Source of the DNA: an uncultured Bdellovibrionales bacterium
GTDB lineage: Bacteria > Pseudomonadota > Alphaproteobacteria > Micavibrionales > GCA-2720935
Length of the DNA: 64,000 bases
Direction: 5' to 3'
NCBI GenBank assembly: GCA_964351525.1
Contig: CAYGOD010000002.1
Location: 489,135 to 553,134 of the forward strand
A model generated the notes under the pieces. It saw only the letters and a list, made by a program, of their open reading frames with translations, had not been told where the DNA came from and made no database searches. The translations under genes and the position numbers were made by a program. Shown one piece after another: positions 19,601 to 28,882 of the stretch (the first letter of the stretch is position 1; the number at the start of each line of letters is the position of its first letter).

Positions 19601-20206
19601 ATGGTTAAAACACTGCAAACATCTTTATTTACAGGCTTTTTCATTCTTATGGCGTTTTTCGTTTCTCCGGTACAGGCGGAAACGGACGTAAGAGCCCAAA
19701 AATTTGTTCAAACATTGGGGAATGAAGCCATCGCTTTACTCGCAGTTGAGGGTCAAGCAGAAGAGGCGTTCAAAAAAGATTTTGGTCGCTTGTTAACACG
19801 TTATTTTGATATTGAAACTATTGGTCGTTTTACCTTGGGTAAAAATTGGCGTCTTGCAACAGAAGAGCAGCAGGACGAGTTTTTAGATTTATTCAAAAAA
19901 ATGGTTGTCTCAATTTATGCTGATAAATTCCAAGATTATACAAATGAAAAATTTAATGTGATTAGTGCTGTTGTTAAAAACAAGCGTGATTCTATTGTAA
20001 CCAGCCAAATTGAATTTGATGGTGAACGCCCCCCCATTCGTCTTGAGTGGCGTGTCCGTAACAAAGATTCAAAGCTTAAAATTATAGATCTGTCTATAGA
20101 GGGTGTTAGCATGAGCATCACCCAACGTTCTGACTTTGCCTCTGTCATCACACGCGGCGGTGGCATGGAAGCCCTGTTGGAGCTTATGAGAGAACAGTAT
20201 AATTAA
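19601..20206 (+). CDS. mlaC: phospholipid-binding periplasmic protein MlaC (Ttg2D family)
   Basis: 201 aa with a signal peptide. FDIETIGRFTLGKNWR...Q..EF..LF motif pattern of MlaC. Starts 3 nt after mlaA. Confidence 0.8.
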   Translation: MVKTLQTSLFTGFFILMAFFVSPVQAETDVRAQKFVQTLGNEAIALLAVEGQAEEAFKKDFGRLLTRYFDIETIGRFTLGKNWRLATEEQQDEFLDLFKKMVVSIYADKFQDYTNEKFNVISAVVKNKRDSIVTSQIEFDGERPPIRLEWRVRNKDSKLKIIDLSIEGVSMSITQRSDFASVITRGGGMEALLELMREQYN

Positions 20207-20231
20207 TAATCATATAGCTTCTGGAATATAA

Positions 20232-20261
20232 AATACTGCTATTGATGAGCGGTATTTTTTT
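20232..20261 (+). terminator. rho-independent terminator after mlaC
   Basis: 9-bp stem AATACTGCT / AGCGGTATT (one G-U pair) with a 7-nt loop, running into T7 (20255-20261). Confidence 0.55.
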
Positions 20262-20306
20262 ATGAATTTTCTTGCAATTCTTTTTATTATTATGTAAAGT
20301 AAAGCA

Positions 20307-21269
20307 ATGGTATCTAAAAAGCAAAATTTTAACTATGGTTGGTGCTATACTGATTGGAAATCAGGGCATTCTATGGGGCGCAAAGATTATGTGCAAAATA
20401 GTGATACAGCAAGATTTGTTTCAGAAACGTTGAAAAAATATGGCTTGCCACAGCCTTGTGTAAAAAGTGAAGTATTTCGCGGTAGAGGGCATGATCTTTT
20501 ATTTCTAGATAGCCATGGTGTTGTGATAAGAATTGGGCCAACGAATGTATCTGATCTTTTAAACCTAGGGATTTTACAGCCTATTCATTGGGTTGATGAC
20601 GAGAATACAGCTATTACAATTGCCATATATCCAGGGATTGAACTCTATAAAAATATAAATAAGCATAATTCTTTGTTTGGTAACGTTGGGAAATTAACGC
20701 GGATAATTAAAGCTTTTGGTAACAATCATCACGATAATGATGCGCGAAATTGTGGTGTGGTAAATGTCTATGATAAAAAAGGAAATGAAAGGCTATTACC
20801 CATAGCCCTTGATCCAGATAATCACTTTCTGGCAAAAACAAAAAAGAAACCTGTTGTAATGAGGTCAAATTTATATAGTGATGGGCATGAAAACATACAT
20901 ATGCAAAAAACACATATAGAGGCAATTCAAACTGTCTATGAAGAAAGAAAAAGACTTTTTAATAGGTGTTCATATGCTGATTTATATATGCAGGCCTTTG
21001 AATATCACCAGCCCTTAAGGCGCGCCTTTGGTGTGTTTGATAAAGATGATATCTCAGAGATAGAAAAAAATCGTGCATGGCAGATGACTAAGAACTTTCG
21101 TGACGATGGCTATCAAATTTGGGGGAGCACGAGGGCAACGCCTGAAAATCCTAAGGGACTTATTGCAAAAGCAACAACAGTTTTTGCTAAACGTAAGAAC
21201 GTGCAATTACCAAAAAGAGAATTATTACAAACAAGACGGCTTCATAAGCCTTGGTCTAAAACACCATAG
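20307..21269 (+). CDS. hypothetical protein (orphan; possible atypical kinase-like fold)
   Basis: 320-aa ORF in an AT-rich stretch with no family recognised. Contains HHDNDARN (HxDxxxxN) followed 26 aa later by ALDPD. Basic C-terminus. Confidence 0.6.
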   Translation: MVSKKQNFNYGWCYTDWKSGHSMGRKDYVQNSDTARFVSETLKKYGLPQPCVKSEVFRGRGHDLLFLDSHGVVIRIGPTNVSDLLNLGILQPIHWVDDENTAITIAIYPGIELYKNINKHNSLFGNVGKLTRIIKAFGNNHHDNDARNCGVVNVYDKKGNERLLPIALDPDNHFLAKTKKKPVVMRSNLYSDGHENIHMQKTHIEAIQTVYEERKRLFNRCSYADLYMQAFEYHQPLRRAFGVFDKDDISEIEKNRAWQMTKNFRDDGYQIWGSTRATPENPKGLIAKATTVFAKRKNVQLPKRELLQTRRLHKPWSKTP

Positions 21270-21273
21270 TGAT

Positions 21274-22950
21274 TTAACGCGTCACAGGCCTGTATTTAAT
21301 GCGGGTTGGTTGATCCGCATCTGCGCCCAAACGACGTTTCTTGTCTTTCTCATAGTCTTCGTAGTTACCCTCAAACCAGACAACCTTTGAATCACCTTCA
21401 TAGGCAAGGATGTGCGTTGCGAGGCGGTCAAGGAACCAGCGATCATGCGAGATAATAACCGCACAACCAGCAAAATTCATTAAGCCTTCTTCAAGGGCGC
21501 GCAATGTATCAATATCTAAATCATTTGTTGGTTCATCGAGCATGAGAACATTCGCGCCGCTCTTCAGCATCTTGGCCAAATGGACCCGGTTACGTTCACC
21601 ACCAGAGAGTAATCCGACTTTCTTCTGCTGATCTTGGCCTTTGAAATTAAAGCTGCCGACATAGGCGCGGCTAGACATTGTTCTATCGCCAACCTCCATC
21701 ATGTCGGTACCGCCAGAAATTTCTTCCCAGACATTTTTACTGTCATCAAGCGAATCACGGCTTTGATCAACATAACCAAGCTTAACTGTGTCGCCGACCT
21801 TAAACTCACCGCTATCCGGTGTTTCTTGGCCTGTGACCATACGGAACATTGTTGTTTTACCCGCACCGTTAGGCCCAATAATACCGACAATACCACCAGC
21901 GGGTAGGCTGAAGTTCATGTCATCAAATAATAGCTTATCGCCGTACGCTTTCTTAACGCCCTTGGCTTGGATCACGATATCACCAAGGCGTGGCCCTGAT
22001 GGAATTGCGATGGCGGTTGCTTCATAGGCATCCTCTTTACTGTCAGCGAGGAGTTGCTCGTAAGAATTAATACGCGCCTTGTTCTTCGCTTGGCGTGCTT
22101 TGGGGGACTGACGTACCCATTCCAATTCACGGGCCAATGTTTTCTGGCGTGCATCTTCTTGTTTTGATTCTTGCTGAAGACGTTTTTGTTTTTGTTCTAA
22201 CCAGCTTGTGTAATTACCCTCATACGGAATACCCGAGCCACGATCCAATTCAAGGATCCAGCCCGTTACATGATCAAGGAAATAGCGATCATGCGTAATC
22301 ATGACGACTGTGCCTGGATAATCACCAAGGAAACGCTGTAACCAAGAAACAGATTCGGCATCCAAGTGGTTGGTTGGTTCATCAAGCAAGAGCATATCTG
22401 GCTTTTCAAGAAGAAGCTTACAAAGTGCGACACGGCGACGCTCTCCCCCTGATAGGTTTTTAACGTCTTTATCGGCGGGCGGACAGCGTAGAGCGTCCAT
22501 AGCAATCTCAACGGTGCGTTCCAAATCCCATGCATCCGCAGCATCAATTTTTTCTTGAAGTTCACCTTGTTTCTCAATCAGATCATTCATCTCATCGGGG
22601 TCTGTGATCTCACCAAATTTCATGCTAATTTCTTGGAATTCATCCAATAATGCCTTGGTCTCTGCCATGGCCATCATGACGTTTTCGCCGACTGTCATCG
22701 TTTCGTCTAATTTTGGCTCTTGGGCAAGGTAGCCAATTTTAAGATCTTTTGCGCCCCATGCTTCGCCATTGAAGTCTTTGTCAATACCGGCCATGATTTT
22801 CAGCAAGGTCGACTTACCCGCACCATTGTGACCCAAAACACCAATTTTCGCACCGGGGTAAAAAGATAACCAAATACCGCTTAAGACCGTTTTCCCACCG
22901 GGATAGGTTTTACTTAAGTCTTTCATGACATATGCGTATTGACCTGACAT
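21274..22950 (-). CDS. ettA: energy-dependent translational throttle protein EttA (ABC-F)
   Basis: 558 aa. N-terminus [20 protein letters not shown], two ABC cassettes (GHNGAGKST / GPNGAGKTT; LSGGERRR / LSGGERNR). EttA-typical length. Confidence 0.9.
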   Translation of the reverse strand: MSGQYAYVMKDLSKTYPGGKTVLSGIWLSFYPGAKIGVLGHNGAGKSTLLKIMAGIDKDFNGEAWGAKDLKIGYLAQEPKLDETMTVGENVMMAMAETKALLDEFQEISMKFGEITDPDEMNDLIEKQGELQEKIDAADAWDLERTVEIAMDALRCPPADKDVKNLSGGERRRVALCKLLLEKPDMLLLDEPTNHLDAESVSWLQRFLGDYPGTVVMITHDRYFLDHVTGWILELDRGSGIPYEGNYTSWLEQKQKRLQQESKQEDARQKTLARELEWVRQSPKARQAKNKARINSYEQLLADSKEDAYEATAIAIPSGPRLGDIVIQAKGVKKAYGDKLLFDDMNFSLPAGGIVGIIGPNGAGKTTMFRMVTGQETPDSGEFKVGDTVKLGYVDQSRDSLDDSKNVWEEISGGTDMMEVGDRTMSSRAYVGSFNFKGQDQQKKVGLLSGGERNRVHLAKMLKSGANVLMLDEPTNDLDIDTLRALEEGLMNFAGCAVIISHDRWFLDRLATHILAYEGDSKVVWFEGNYEDYEKDKKRRLGADADQPTRIKYRPVTR

Positions 22951-23092
22951 TTTGCGAATATCCTTTTATCTGTAAATGATTATATAACATTATATAATGC
23001 GTGGACTATGTTGTGTTTTTAGCGTATTTTTAAGAAGAAAAAAAGCGTATAATTTTTATTCAATATATTTGAAAAAAGAAGGTCCATAAACA

Positions 23093-23857
23093 ATGTCCCG
23101 TATCGATGATTTTGAGCCAGATTTAGCCTCACAAAATGATGGCCAACAGCCATTGTCACAAGCCACAACAATTGAAACGCGCAGCGATGCCGCAGGTATT
23201 AAAGGTAAAACGGGCGATAAGAAAAAAAGCTGGGATAATCGCTTAAAAAAACCCATTAGTACAAAAAAAGGTGGGGGTATGGATTTTCCCAATCGTCCAG
23301 AGACACAAGCCTTTCCGAAGATAAAAATCAATCTTGATTGGTCACAACCACCCGTCCAAGGTTTTATGAATTCAATCAAGGCGGCGATGGGAAAAATACC
23401 GCGCGTAGATTTAGATCTGGGCTGTTTGTATGAGTTAAATGACGGATCACGCGGCGTTGTTCAGGCATTTGGTAATATATTTGGCGATTATAATAATGCC
23501 CCTTATATTGAGCTACAGGGCGATGATGATACTGGTGCAGGGCTCGGTGAAGATCTTTATATTAATGGCGAAAAATGGCAAGATTTTCGTCGTATCGTTG
23601 TTTATGCCTACATCTATAAAGGCGCGTATTCTTGGTCTAAAACGGACGCCAAGGCAGTCTTAACCATGGAAGGGTATGATTCACTAGAGGTAGAATTATG
23701 CGAGTTTTGTGATGGGCTTCCCGTTTGTGCGTTATTGAAGTTAGAAAATAAAGACGGCTCAATGAAACTCACTAATTTAAATGAATATTATTCTGGTCAT
23801 GCTGAAATGGACCGCGCCTTTGGCTTTGGTATTAATTGGGGTCAAGGCGAGAAGTAA
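23093..23857 (+). CDS. TerD-domain protein with disordered basic N-terminal extension
   Basis: 254 aa. The C-terminal ~150 aa carry VDLDLGCLYEL...GDDDTGAGLGEDLYIN...RIVVYAYIY, a TerD/TerA-type fold signature. The first ~95 aa are low-complexity and K/G/P/Q rich. Confidence 0.8.
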   Translation: MSRIDDFEPDLASQNDGQQPLSQATTIETRSDAAGIKGKTGDKKKSWDNRLKKPISTKKGGGMDFPNRPETQAFPKIKINLDWSQPPVQGFMNSIKAAMGKIPRVDLDLGCLYELNDGSRGVVQAFGNIFGDYNNAPYIELQGDDDTGAGLGEDLYINGEKWQDFRRIVVYAYIYKGAYSWSKTDAKAVLTMEGYDSLEVELCEFCDGLPVCALLKLENKDGSMKLTNLNEYYSGHAEMDRAFGFGINWGQGEK

Positions 23858-23874
23858 GAATACAGGATACAAAA

Positions 23875-24867
23875 ATGACATTAATCGATATGAGTTTCAG
23901 CGGTGTAGATGCCCTTATTTTATCAATGGGTGCCATCATAGCGGGGATCTATTTCCTTGCTAAGGGCGGTGCATGGACAATTGATGGCGCTGTTTCCTTG
24001 GCTAATCGCGCCAAAATATCACCACTTTTAATTGGTTTTACTATTATTGCTTTCGGAACATCTCTCCCTGAATTAATCGTTTCCGTGAACGCCAATTTAA
24101 AGGGCTTTGCAGGGCTTTCTATTGGAAATGTGATTGGCTCTAATATTGCGAATATTTTGTTGGTTATTGGCGCAACGGCGATTATAACACCTTTGGTCGT
24201 CACCGTTGATCGTGCGATGAAGCGTGATTTATGTTTGTTGGGTGCCAGTACATTAGCCCTTGTCTATATGATTAAAGAAACCATGATTACCCAAGGTCAA
24301 GGTACCGCAATGCTCGGTATTTTGATTATCTATGTGGTCTATCAATTCATCCAAAGCAAGCGTGCCAAAGAAATCCCTGCTGAATTATTAGAAGAGACAA
24401 AAAATGTGTATGAGCATGCGGGACAAGCTGCTTTATTTTTATTCCTAGGTCTTATTGGTATCGCATTAGGGGCTGAAATTCTTGTTCGTGGCGCGGTTGT
24501 TGGTGCAACCGTTTTGGGCGTACCAGAAAGTGTGATTGGCGTTACATTGGTTGCATTTGGTACATCGCTGCCCGAATTGGTTACTTGTGTGATTGCGGCG
24601 CGTCAAAACCAAACGAGCCTTGTTTTGGGTAACATCATCGGATCGTGCGTATTTAATATTCTATCGATCATTGGTATAACGGCGCTTATTTCTGGCATGG
24701 ATATAGCCAATATTGCCGATGCTCTGCGTGAGTTTGATAGCTATGTGATGATGATTGTGACGGTGTTATTTATCGCGCAAATTATGATCTTTAAACGCTT
24801 TGGTAAGGCCCTTGGTTGGGTTATGGTCTTGACCTATTGTGGTTTTACTATTTACAAATTTATTTAA
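23875..24867 (+). CDS. CaCA-family Ca2+/Na+ antiporter (YrbG-like)
   Basis: Start taken at MTLIDM (ATG 23875, AGGA upstream). Two alpha-repeats, FGTSLPELIVSV and FGTSLPELVTCV. About 10 hydrophobic segments. Confidence 0.85.
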   Translation: MTLIDMSFSGVDALILSMGAIIAGIYFLAKGGAWTIDGAVSLANRAKISPLLIGFTIIAFGTSLPELIVSVNANLKGFAGLSIGNVIGSNIANILLVIGATAIITPLVVTVDRAMKRDLCLLGASTLALVYMIKETMITQGQGTAMLGILIIYVVYQFIQSKRAKEIPAELLEETKNVYEHAGQAALFLFLGLIGIALGAEILVRGAVVGATVLGVPESVIGVTLVAFGTSLPELVTCVIAARQNQTSLVLGNIIGSCVFNILSIIGITALISGMDIANIADALREFDSYVMMIVTVLFIAQIMIFKRFGKALGWVMVLTYCGFTIYKFI

Positions 24868-24886
24868 ATAAAGAGGATTTAAACCC

Positions 24887-25513
24887 ATGCATATGATTGA
24901 AAAAGGCGCAGAATATAACTTGATGGCGAATGACGGCGCATTGCGTAATATTCGTATTGTTTTCGGATGGGAAATGGAGAGCGTCAAGAATGAATTTGGT
25001 GACAATCCTTTAACAGAAGTTCCGTTTGATATTGATGCCAGCTGTTTCATGCTCAATAATTTTAAGAAAATCCGCAGCGAGCATGACTTTGTCTTTTATA
25101 ATAATGCCACATCTGAAGATGGCGAGGTTATTCATTTAAATGATACACAGATTGCCGATGTTCCTGGGATCAATGAAACAGAAGGTCATGAAGTTATAAC
25201 CGTTGCGCTAGATAAGATTCCTTATGAAATCGCTTATTTATCTTTTTCCCTAAGCATTCATAATGCGACAGAACGCAAACAAAATTTTGGTATGATTAAA
25301 TCATTATCAATGCAGGTCTTTGATGCGGATGCCAATGTTGCCGTGGCTGAAATGCGTCTCACAGAGAATGATTTGACGGGTGGTCATGCCATCATTGTCG
25401 GCGAAATATCACGCGTTGCAGCCGATTGGATATTCAAATCTGAAGGTGTAATTGTTGAGGCAGGATTAGTCCAAATAGCACGTGATTTTGATGTCGATGT
25501 ACGTGAATCCTAA
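24887..25513 (+). CDS. terD: TerD family stress protein
   Basis: 208 aa. FDIDASCFML...DFVFYNN..SEDGEVIH...IHNATERKQNFGMI...WIFKSEG aligns along the whole length of classical TerD. AAGAGGA Shine-Dalgarno upstream. Confidence 0.85.
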   Translation: MHMIEKGAEYNLMANDGALRNIRIVFGWEMESVKNEFGDNPLTEVPFDIDASCFMLNNFKKIRSEHDFVFYNNATSEDGEVIHLNDTQIADVPGINETEGHEVITVALDKIPYEIAYLSFSLSIHNATERKQNFGMIKSLSMQVFDADANVAVAEMRLTENDLTGGHAIIVGEISRVAADWIFKSEGVIVEAGLVQIARDFDVDVRES

Positions 25514-25523
25514 AACCTTAATC

Positions 25524-26012
25524 TTAGAATCCTCTGCCAGCTTTTAGTAAGCTTTCAGAATTAATCTTTGGTGATTTACCGCCGCCATCATCCCAGCGGT
25601 CGCCGAATTGACCGCTTTCAAAGAAGGCAATTTTTTCAATTTCATCAAAATCAGGCAGATTGCCTTTTTCAATTTCTTGGGCACAGAGCAAAAAGAACTT
25701 CATTGATTTTTCAGCCCAGTTGAAAATATTACTGTGGATCATTTCTTTATTATTCACATAGCATTTATCAATTAAGAAATCCCCAGTGCGTTGTAATTTT
25801 GCTTCTAAATAGAAAACTTGCTTAATAGGGGCTGTTTTCATTGGCGGTTCATCATAAGACACAACGATTTGTGCTTCTAATTTATCTATCTCATCGCCAA
25901 AGCCGTCAATACGGACATCAGCCGCGACGGTGGCCTCTATTTCATCGCTATAATGCGCCCATTGCTCAGAGTCGAACAAATTGAGTGTTCGATACACATA
26001 AAGCTTTGCCAT
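25524..26012 (-). CDS. hypothetical protein
   Basis: ORF 25524-26036. I prefer the MAKLYVY start (ATG 26012). Acidic soluble protein with a Gly-rich C-terminus GGGKSPKIN...GRGF. No family recognised. Convergent with terD (10-nt gap). Confidence 0.55.
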   Translation of the reverse strand: MAKLYVYRTLNLFDSEQWAHYSDEIEATVAADVRIDGFGDEIDKLEAQIVVSYDEPPMKTAPIKQVFYLEAKLQRTGDFLIDKCYVNNKEMIHSNIFNWAEKSMKFFLLCAQEIEKGNLPDFDEIEKIAFFESGQFGDRWDDGGGKSPKINSESLLKAGRGF

Positions 26013-26154
26013 TATTTCGCCTAGTTTCGCGCGCATTATTTTTATCTAACCTTAAACGTGTCTTTCATTTACGATGATATTAAGTTATTCTTTTTGTAGG
26101 ATAAAAAGCCTTTTTATCATCTCATTATATAGTATTACGCGATAAAGGTTAAGA

Positions 26155-26838
26155 ATGGATTACGAGATACTCGGCGGCGAAGCTTTTCCGCTTTTAAAAG
26201 TGACATTGGGGGCCAATGAAACCATTAAAGCAGAATCACGTGCCATGGTGTCAATGAGCACGTCCTTGTCGCTTAAAGGGACGCTAGATGGTGGTATCGG
26301 TAAGGCCATAGCACGTAAATTTGTTGGCGAATCTGCCTTTATGCAAGAGATAAGAGCCGATGGTGGTGCCGGATGGGCGCTATTAGCCAGCTTTTTGCCT
26401 GGGTCGATCATGTCATTGCCGATGAAGGGCGAAGAAATATGCGTCCAAAAGGGCAGTTTTTTAGCCGCTAGCCAAGATATTGAGGTCGGTGCCAAGGTTC
26501 AGTCAATCAGTAAAGGCCTGTTTGGCGGTGAGGGGTTATTCGTTGTTAAGGTTTCTGGTGTGGGGGATTTGTTTTTATCAAGCTATGGCGGAATTTATCC
26601 GATTGATATTAAGGCGGGCGAAGAGATATTGGTTGATAACGGTCATTTGGTTGCATGGGATGCATCTCTTAATTATGAGATCACAAAGGGTGGTAACACA
26701 TGGTTTTCATCCATGACGTCTGGCGAATTTATTGCGCTGCGATTTAAAGGGCCCGGTCGTATTTGGTTACAATCAAGAAATTTAAAGGATTTTAAGAATT
26801 GGCTGGTATCATTAATGCCAGTAAGACGTTCTAGTTAA
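26155..26838 (+). CDS. AIM24 / TIGR00266 (DUF124) family protein
   Basis: 227 aa. MDYEILGGEAFPLLKV...GEGLFVVKVSGVGDLFLSSYGGIY...VDNGHLVAWDASLNYEI...RFKGPGRIWLQSRNL matches the family pattern end to end. Confidence 0.8.
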   Translation: MDYEILGGEAFPLLKVTLGANETIKAESRAMVSMSTSLSLKGTLDGGIGKAIARKFVGESAFMQEIRADGGAGWALLASFLPGSIMSLPMKGEEICVQKGSFLAASQDIEVGAKVQSISKGLFGGEGLFVVKVSGVGDLFLSSYGGIYPIDIKAGEEILVDNGHLVAWDASLNYEITKGGNTWFSSMTSGEFIALRFKGPGRIWLQSRNLKDFKNWLVSLMPVRRSS

Positions 26839-26881
26839 GCTATGTCAGTTTTAATGAGACCGCAATTAACGTGAGGACTAT

Positions 26882-27460
26882 ATGGATTTAAATTTAATTA
26901 TTGTTGTTGGTGCTATTATTATAGGCTTTGCGCTTTTGTCCTTGATTATGATCTGGGGTTTTCGAAAGGTTTCGAAGTCTGTTGACCGTCAAGCCTATTT
27001 TGAACGCAAGCGCCAAAAAATCTTGGTTGGGCGTGAAAAAGCGGTTCTTGCGGCCTCTCTTATGGGGGAAATCAACGAGAATAAAAATAAATGTGAAGCC
27101 TTTATCACTATTTATTCTGAAATGTTGCGGGGATTACGTGACGACAGTCGCAAGCCTTCTTATCAACAAACGGGAGATTTCGTTCATAAAAGCCCATCCC
27201 TTAGCCGCTTTATTTATGATAGTAATCTGGTGAATATGACGATGCTTGAAGCAGGGCTGGTGACTGAACTGGCAGAGATTTACTCAATTATTGAAACAGA
27301 CCCTGAATATTTAAGTCTTGATCCAGATATGCCACTTGAGACGGCGGTTCGTTTGGTTGAAATGATTGTTAAGAACGCTGAATCTGTGATTGGTGCCTTG
27401 AGTAAAGTTCACCCATCATTAGAAATTGTTGTGCGCAATGCACCAAAAGCTTCTCTTTAA
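26882..27460 (+). CDS. hypothetical single-pass membrane protein
   Basis: 192 aa. GAGGA Shine-Dalgarno 5 nt upstream. N-terminal TM LIIVVGAIIIGFALLSLIMIWGF, then a helical soluble part. No family recognised. Confidence 0.55.
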   Translation: MDLNLIIVVGAIIIGFALLSLIMIWGFRKVSKSVDRQAYFERKRQKILVGREKAVLAASLMGEINENKNKCEAFITIYSEMLRGLRDDSRKPSYQQTGDFVHKSPSLSRFIYDSNLVNMTMLEAGLVTELAEIYSIIETDPEYLSLDPDMPLETAVRLVEMIVKNAESVIGALSKVHPSLEIVVRNAPKASL

Positions 27461-28122
27461 AAAGCACCATCTGGAACCACATAAATATCTGGGTTTTGGG
27501 GGTCTTTTTGATAAGACATTTTTAAGAGTAAATTTGGCGTTTCGACTTGTGTGTCGGCGGTAAGACCTTCTAGGATGAGGCCTGCCATGTGTCCTTGTTT
27601 ATCTGTGGCTTTCAGCAACATAACTGTTTTATCATCAATACGGATGCCTGTTACAATTTTATCGGCATCAAAATTTTGTTTAAGAAAATATTGTTGTAAA
27701 CTGCCCCCTATGCCCAAAATAACTTCGGGTGTTTGTGCTTCATCCTCAACGCTATTCCAAACAATATTGATTTGAATTAATGTCTCACTTTTGTGGCCAA
27801 AAATATATGAAATAAAGGCCGTACCCGTATCCGCGATTAAATCATTCACGGTGATAGACAGGCTTTTGGTGCGTGTCACACTATTTTCACCAGTTATTAT
27901 TTGTTCATCATTAAGATTAAAATCTTTTTTGATTGAGGCAATTGATTGATCAATAGTCATGTCAAATTCAGCGCCGCGAAAGCCCTTTATTTGTGCTGTT
28001 TTTTTGATCTCTTGTGTTATCTCTTTTTCATCGGCATTGGATATATTGACCTGTAGTCCAAATGTCGTGACAAAGAACAGTGCAAAGATAATTGATAAAA
28101 TATAAAAATGAGAGGTACGCAT
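27457..28122 (-). CDS. hypothetical exported protein
   Basis: 221 aa. Signal peptide MRTSHFYILSIIFALFFVTTFGLQVNISNA. Lies 19 nt downstream of the SapC gene on the same strand. No family recognised. Confidence 0.6.
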   Translation of the reverse strand: MRTSHFYILSIIFALFFVTTFGLQVNISNADEKEITQEIKKTAQIKGFRGAEFDMTIDQSIASIKKDFNLNDEQIITGENSVTRTKSLSITVNDLIADTGTAFISYIFGHKSETLIQINIVWNSVEDEAQTPEVILGIGGSLQQYFLKQNFDADKIVTGIRIDDKTVMLLKATDKQGHMAGLILEGLTADTQVETPNLLLKMSYQKDPQNPDIYVVPDGAF

Positions 28123-28141
28123 GGTGGGGGCCTTTTATGTT

Positions 28142-28882
28142 CTATTTTTTAGTGAGATGGCGTTGATAAAGATTTTGCCAATTATTCATTGAAAATAATT
28201 GGGCGTAAATAAAGGCCATATAGCCTTTTTTCTTAAGAGATAGATAATCTGCATCGCTTAGTTTTTTGAGTTTCTCTTCGTCAATACATGAAACACGCCG
28301 GAAACCCAGGTCTTTAACAAGATCCAGATTAAGCGGTGTTAAAAGATCTAGCGCTTTAATCGTTTTACAAAAATCATTTGTTTTTATGCCCGCTTCAAAA
28401 TAATTTTGCGCGAAAGATGCTGCATTTTTAACGAAATCAGCGGCAACACCGTCTTGATAAAAACGATCTTTGGTTTTTTTCTGAACCGTTTCTCTGGTGT
28501 CATCAATGCATAACACTAAATTCTGGCTTTGGTCTTGTTCGGCTAAAATAAAGGGATAGCGACGAATATAGGCTGGAATATAAAAATCAGCTTCCCAGTC
28601 ATTTTTTTGATCGATGAATAAATTCTGATCTGGCTTTAGCCCCATAATGACAGCTAGCGTTAGGTCTGTTTCACCAATAAATAGCAGAGGATAATCACGC
28701 ATCGCAATGGGCATCTCAACCAATGTTATGGGCACGGCCGCCGTGTTTTTGGCGAAACTAAATTTTAGCTGTGGGTTTAAGCCTTTATCGCCATAGTCAT
28801 CATTGTTCAAAAAACACGGCTTATGATAGAAAATCGGTAAATTTTCTTGGAGGCTTTGTTTTTCTATTGGTGTCTTTGACAT
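28142..28882 (-). CDS. SapC family protein
   Basis: 246 aa. The pattern AAVPITLVEMPIAMRDYPLLFI...YIPAYIRRYPFIL and the length match SapC-family proteins as I remember them. No search was run. Confidence 0.65.
   Translation of the reverse strand: MSKTPIEKQSLQENLPIFYHKPCFLNNDDYGDKGLNPQLKFSFAKNTAAVPITLVEMPIAMRDYPLLFIGETDLTLAVIMGLKPDQNLFIDQKNDWEADFYIPAYIRRYPFILAEQDQSQNLVLCIDDTRETVQKKTKDRFYQDGVAADFVKNAASFAQNYFEAGIKTNDFCKTIKALDLLTPLNLDLVKDLGFRRVSCIDEEKLKKLSDADYLSLKKKGYMAFIYAQLFSMNNWQNLYQRHLTKK

Noticed and set aside
22951-23092. Candidate promoter with a perfect TATAAT (in GCGTATAATTT) upstream of the TerD-like gene, and the duplicated AGCGTAT motif.
   Set aside because: No acceptable -35 lies at 16-18 nt (TATTTT/ATTTTT) and there is no extended -10 TG. 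In this AT-rich spacer a lone TATAAT is not sufficient evidence.
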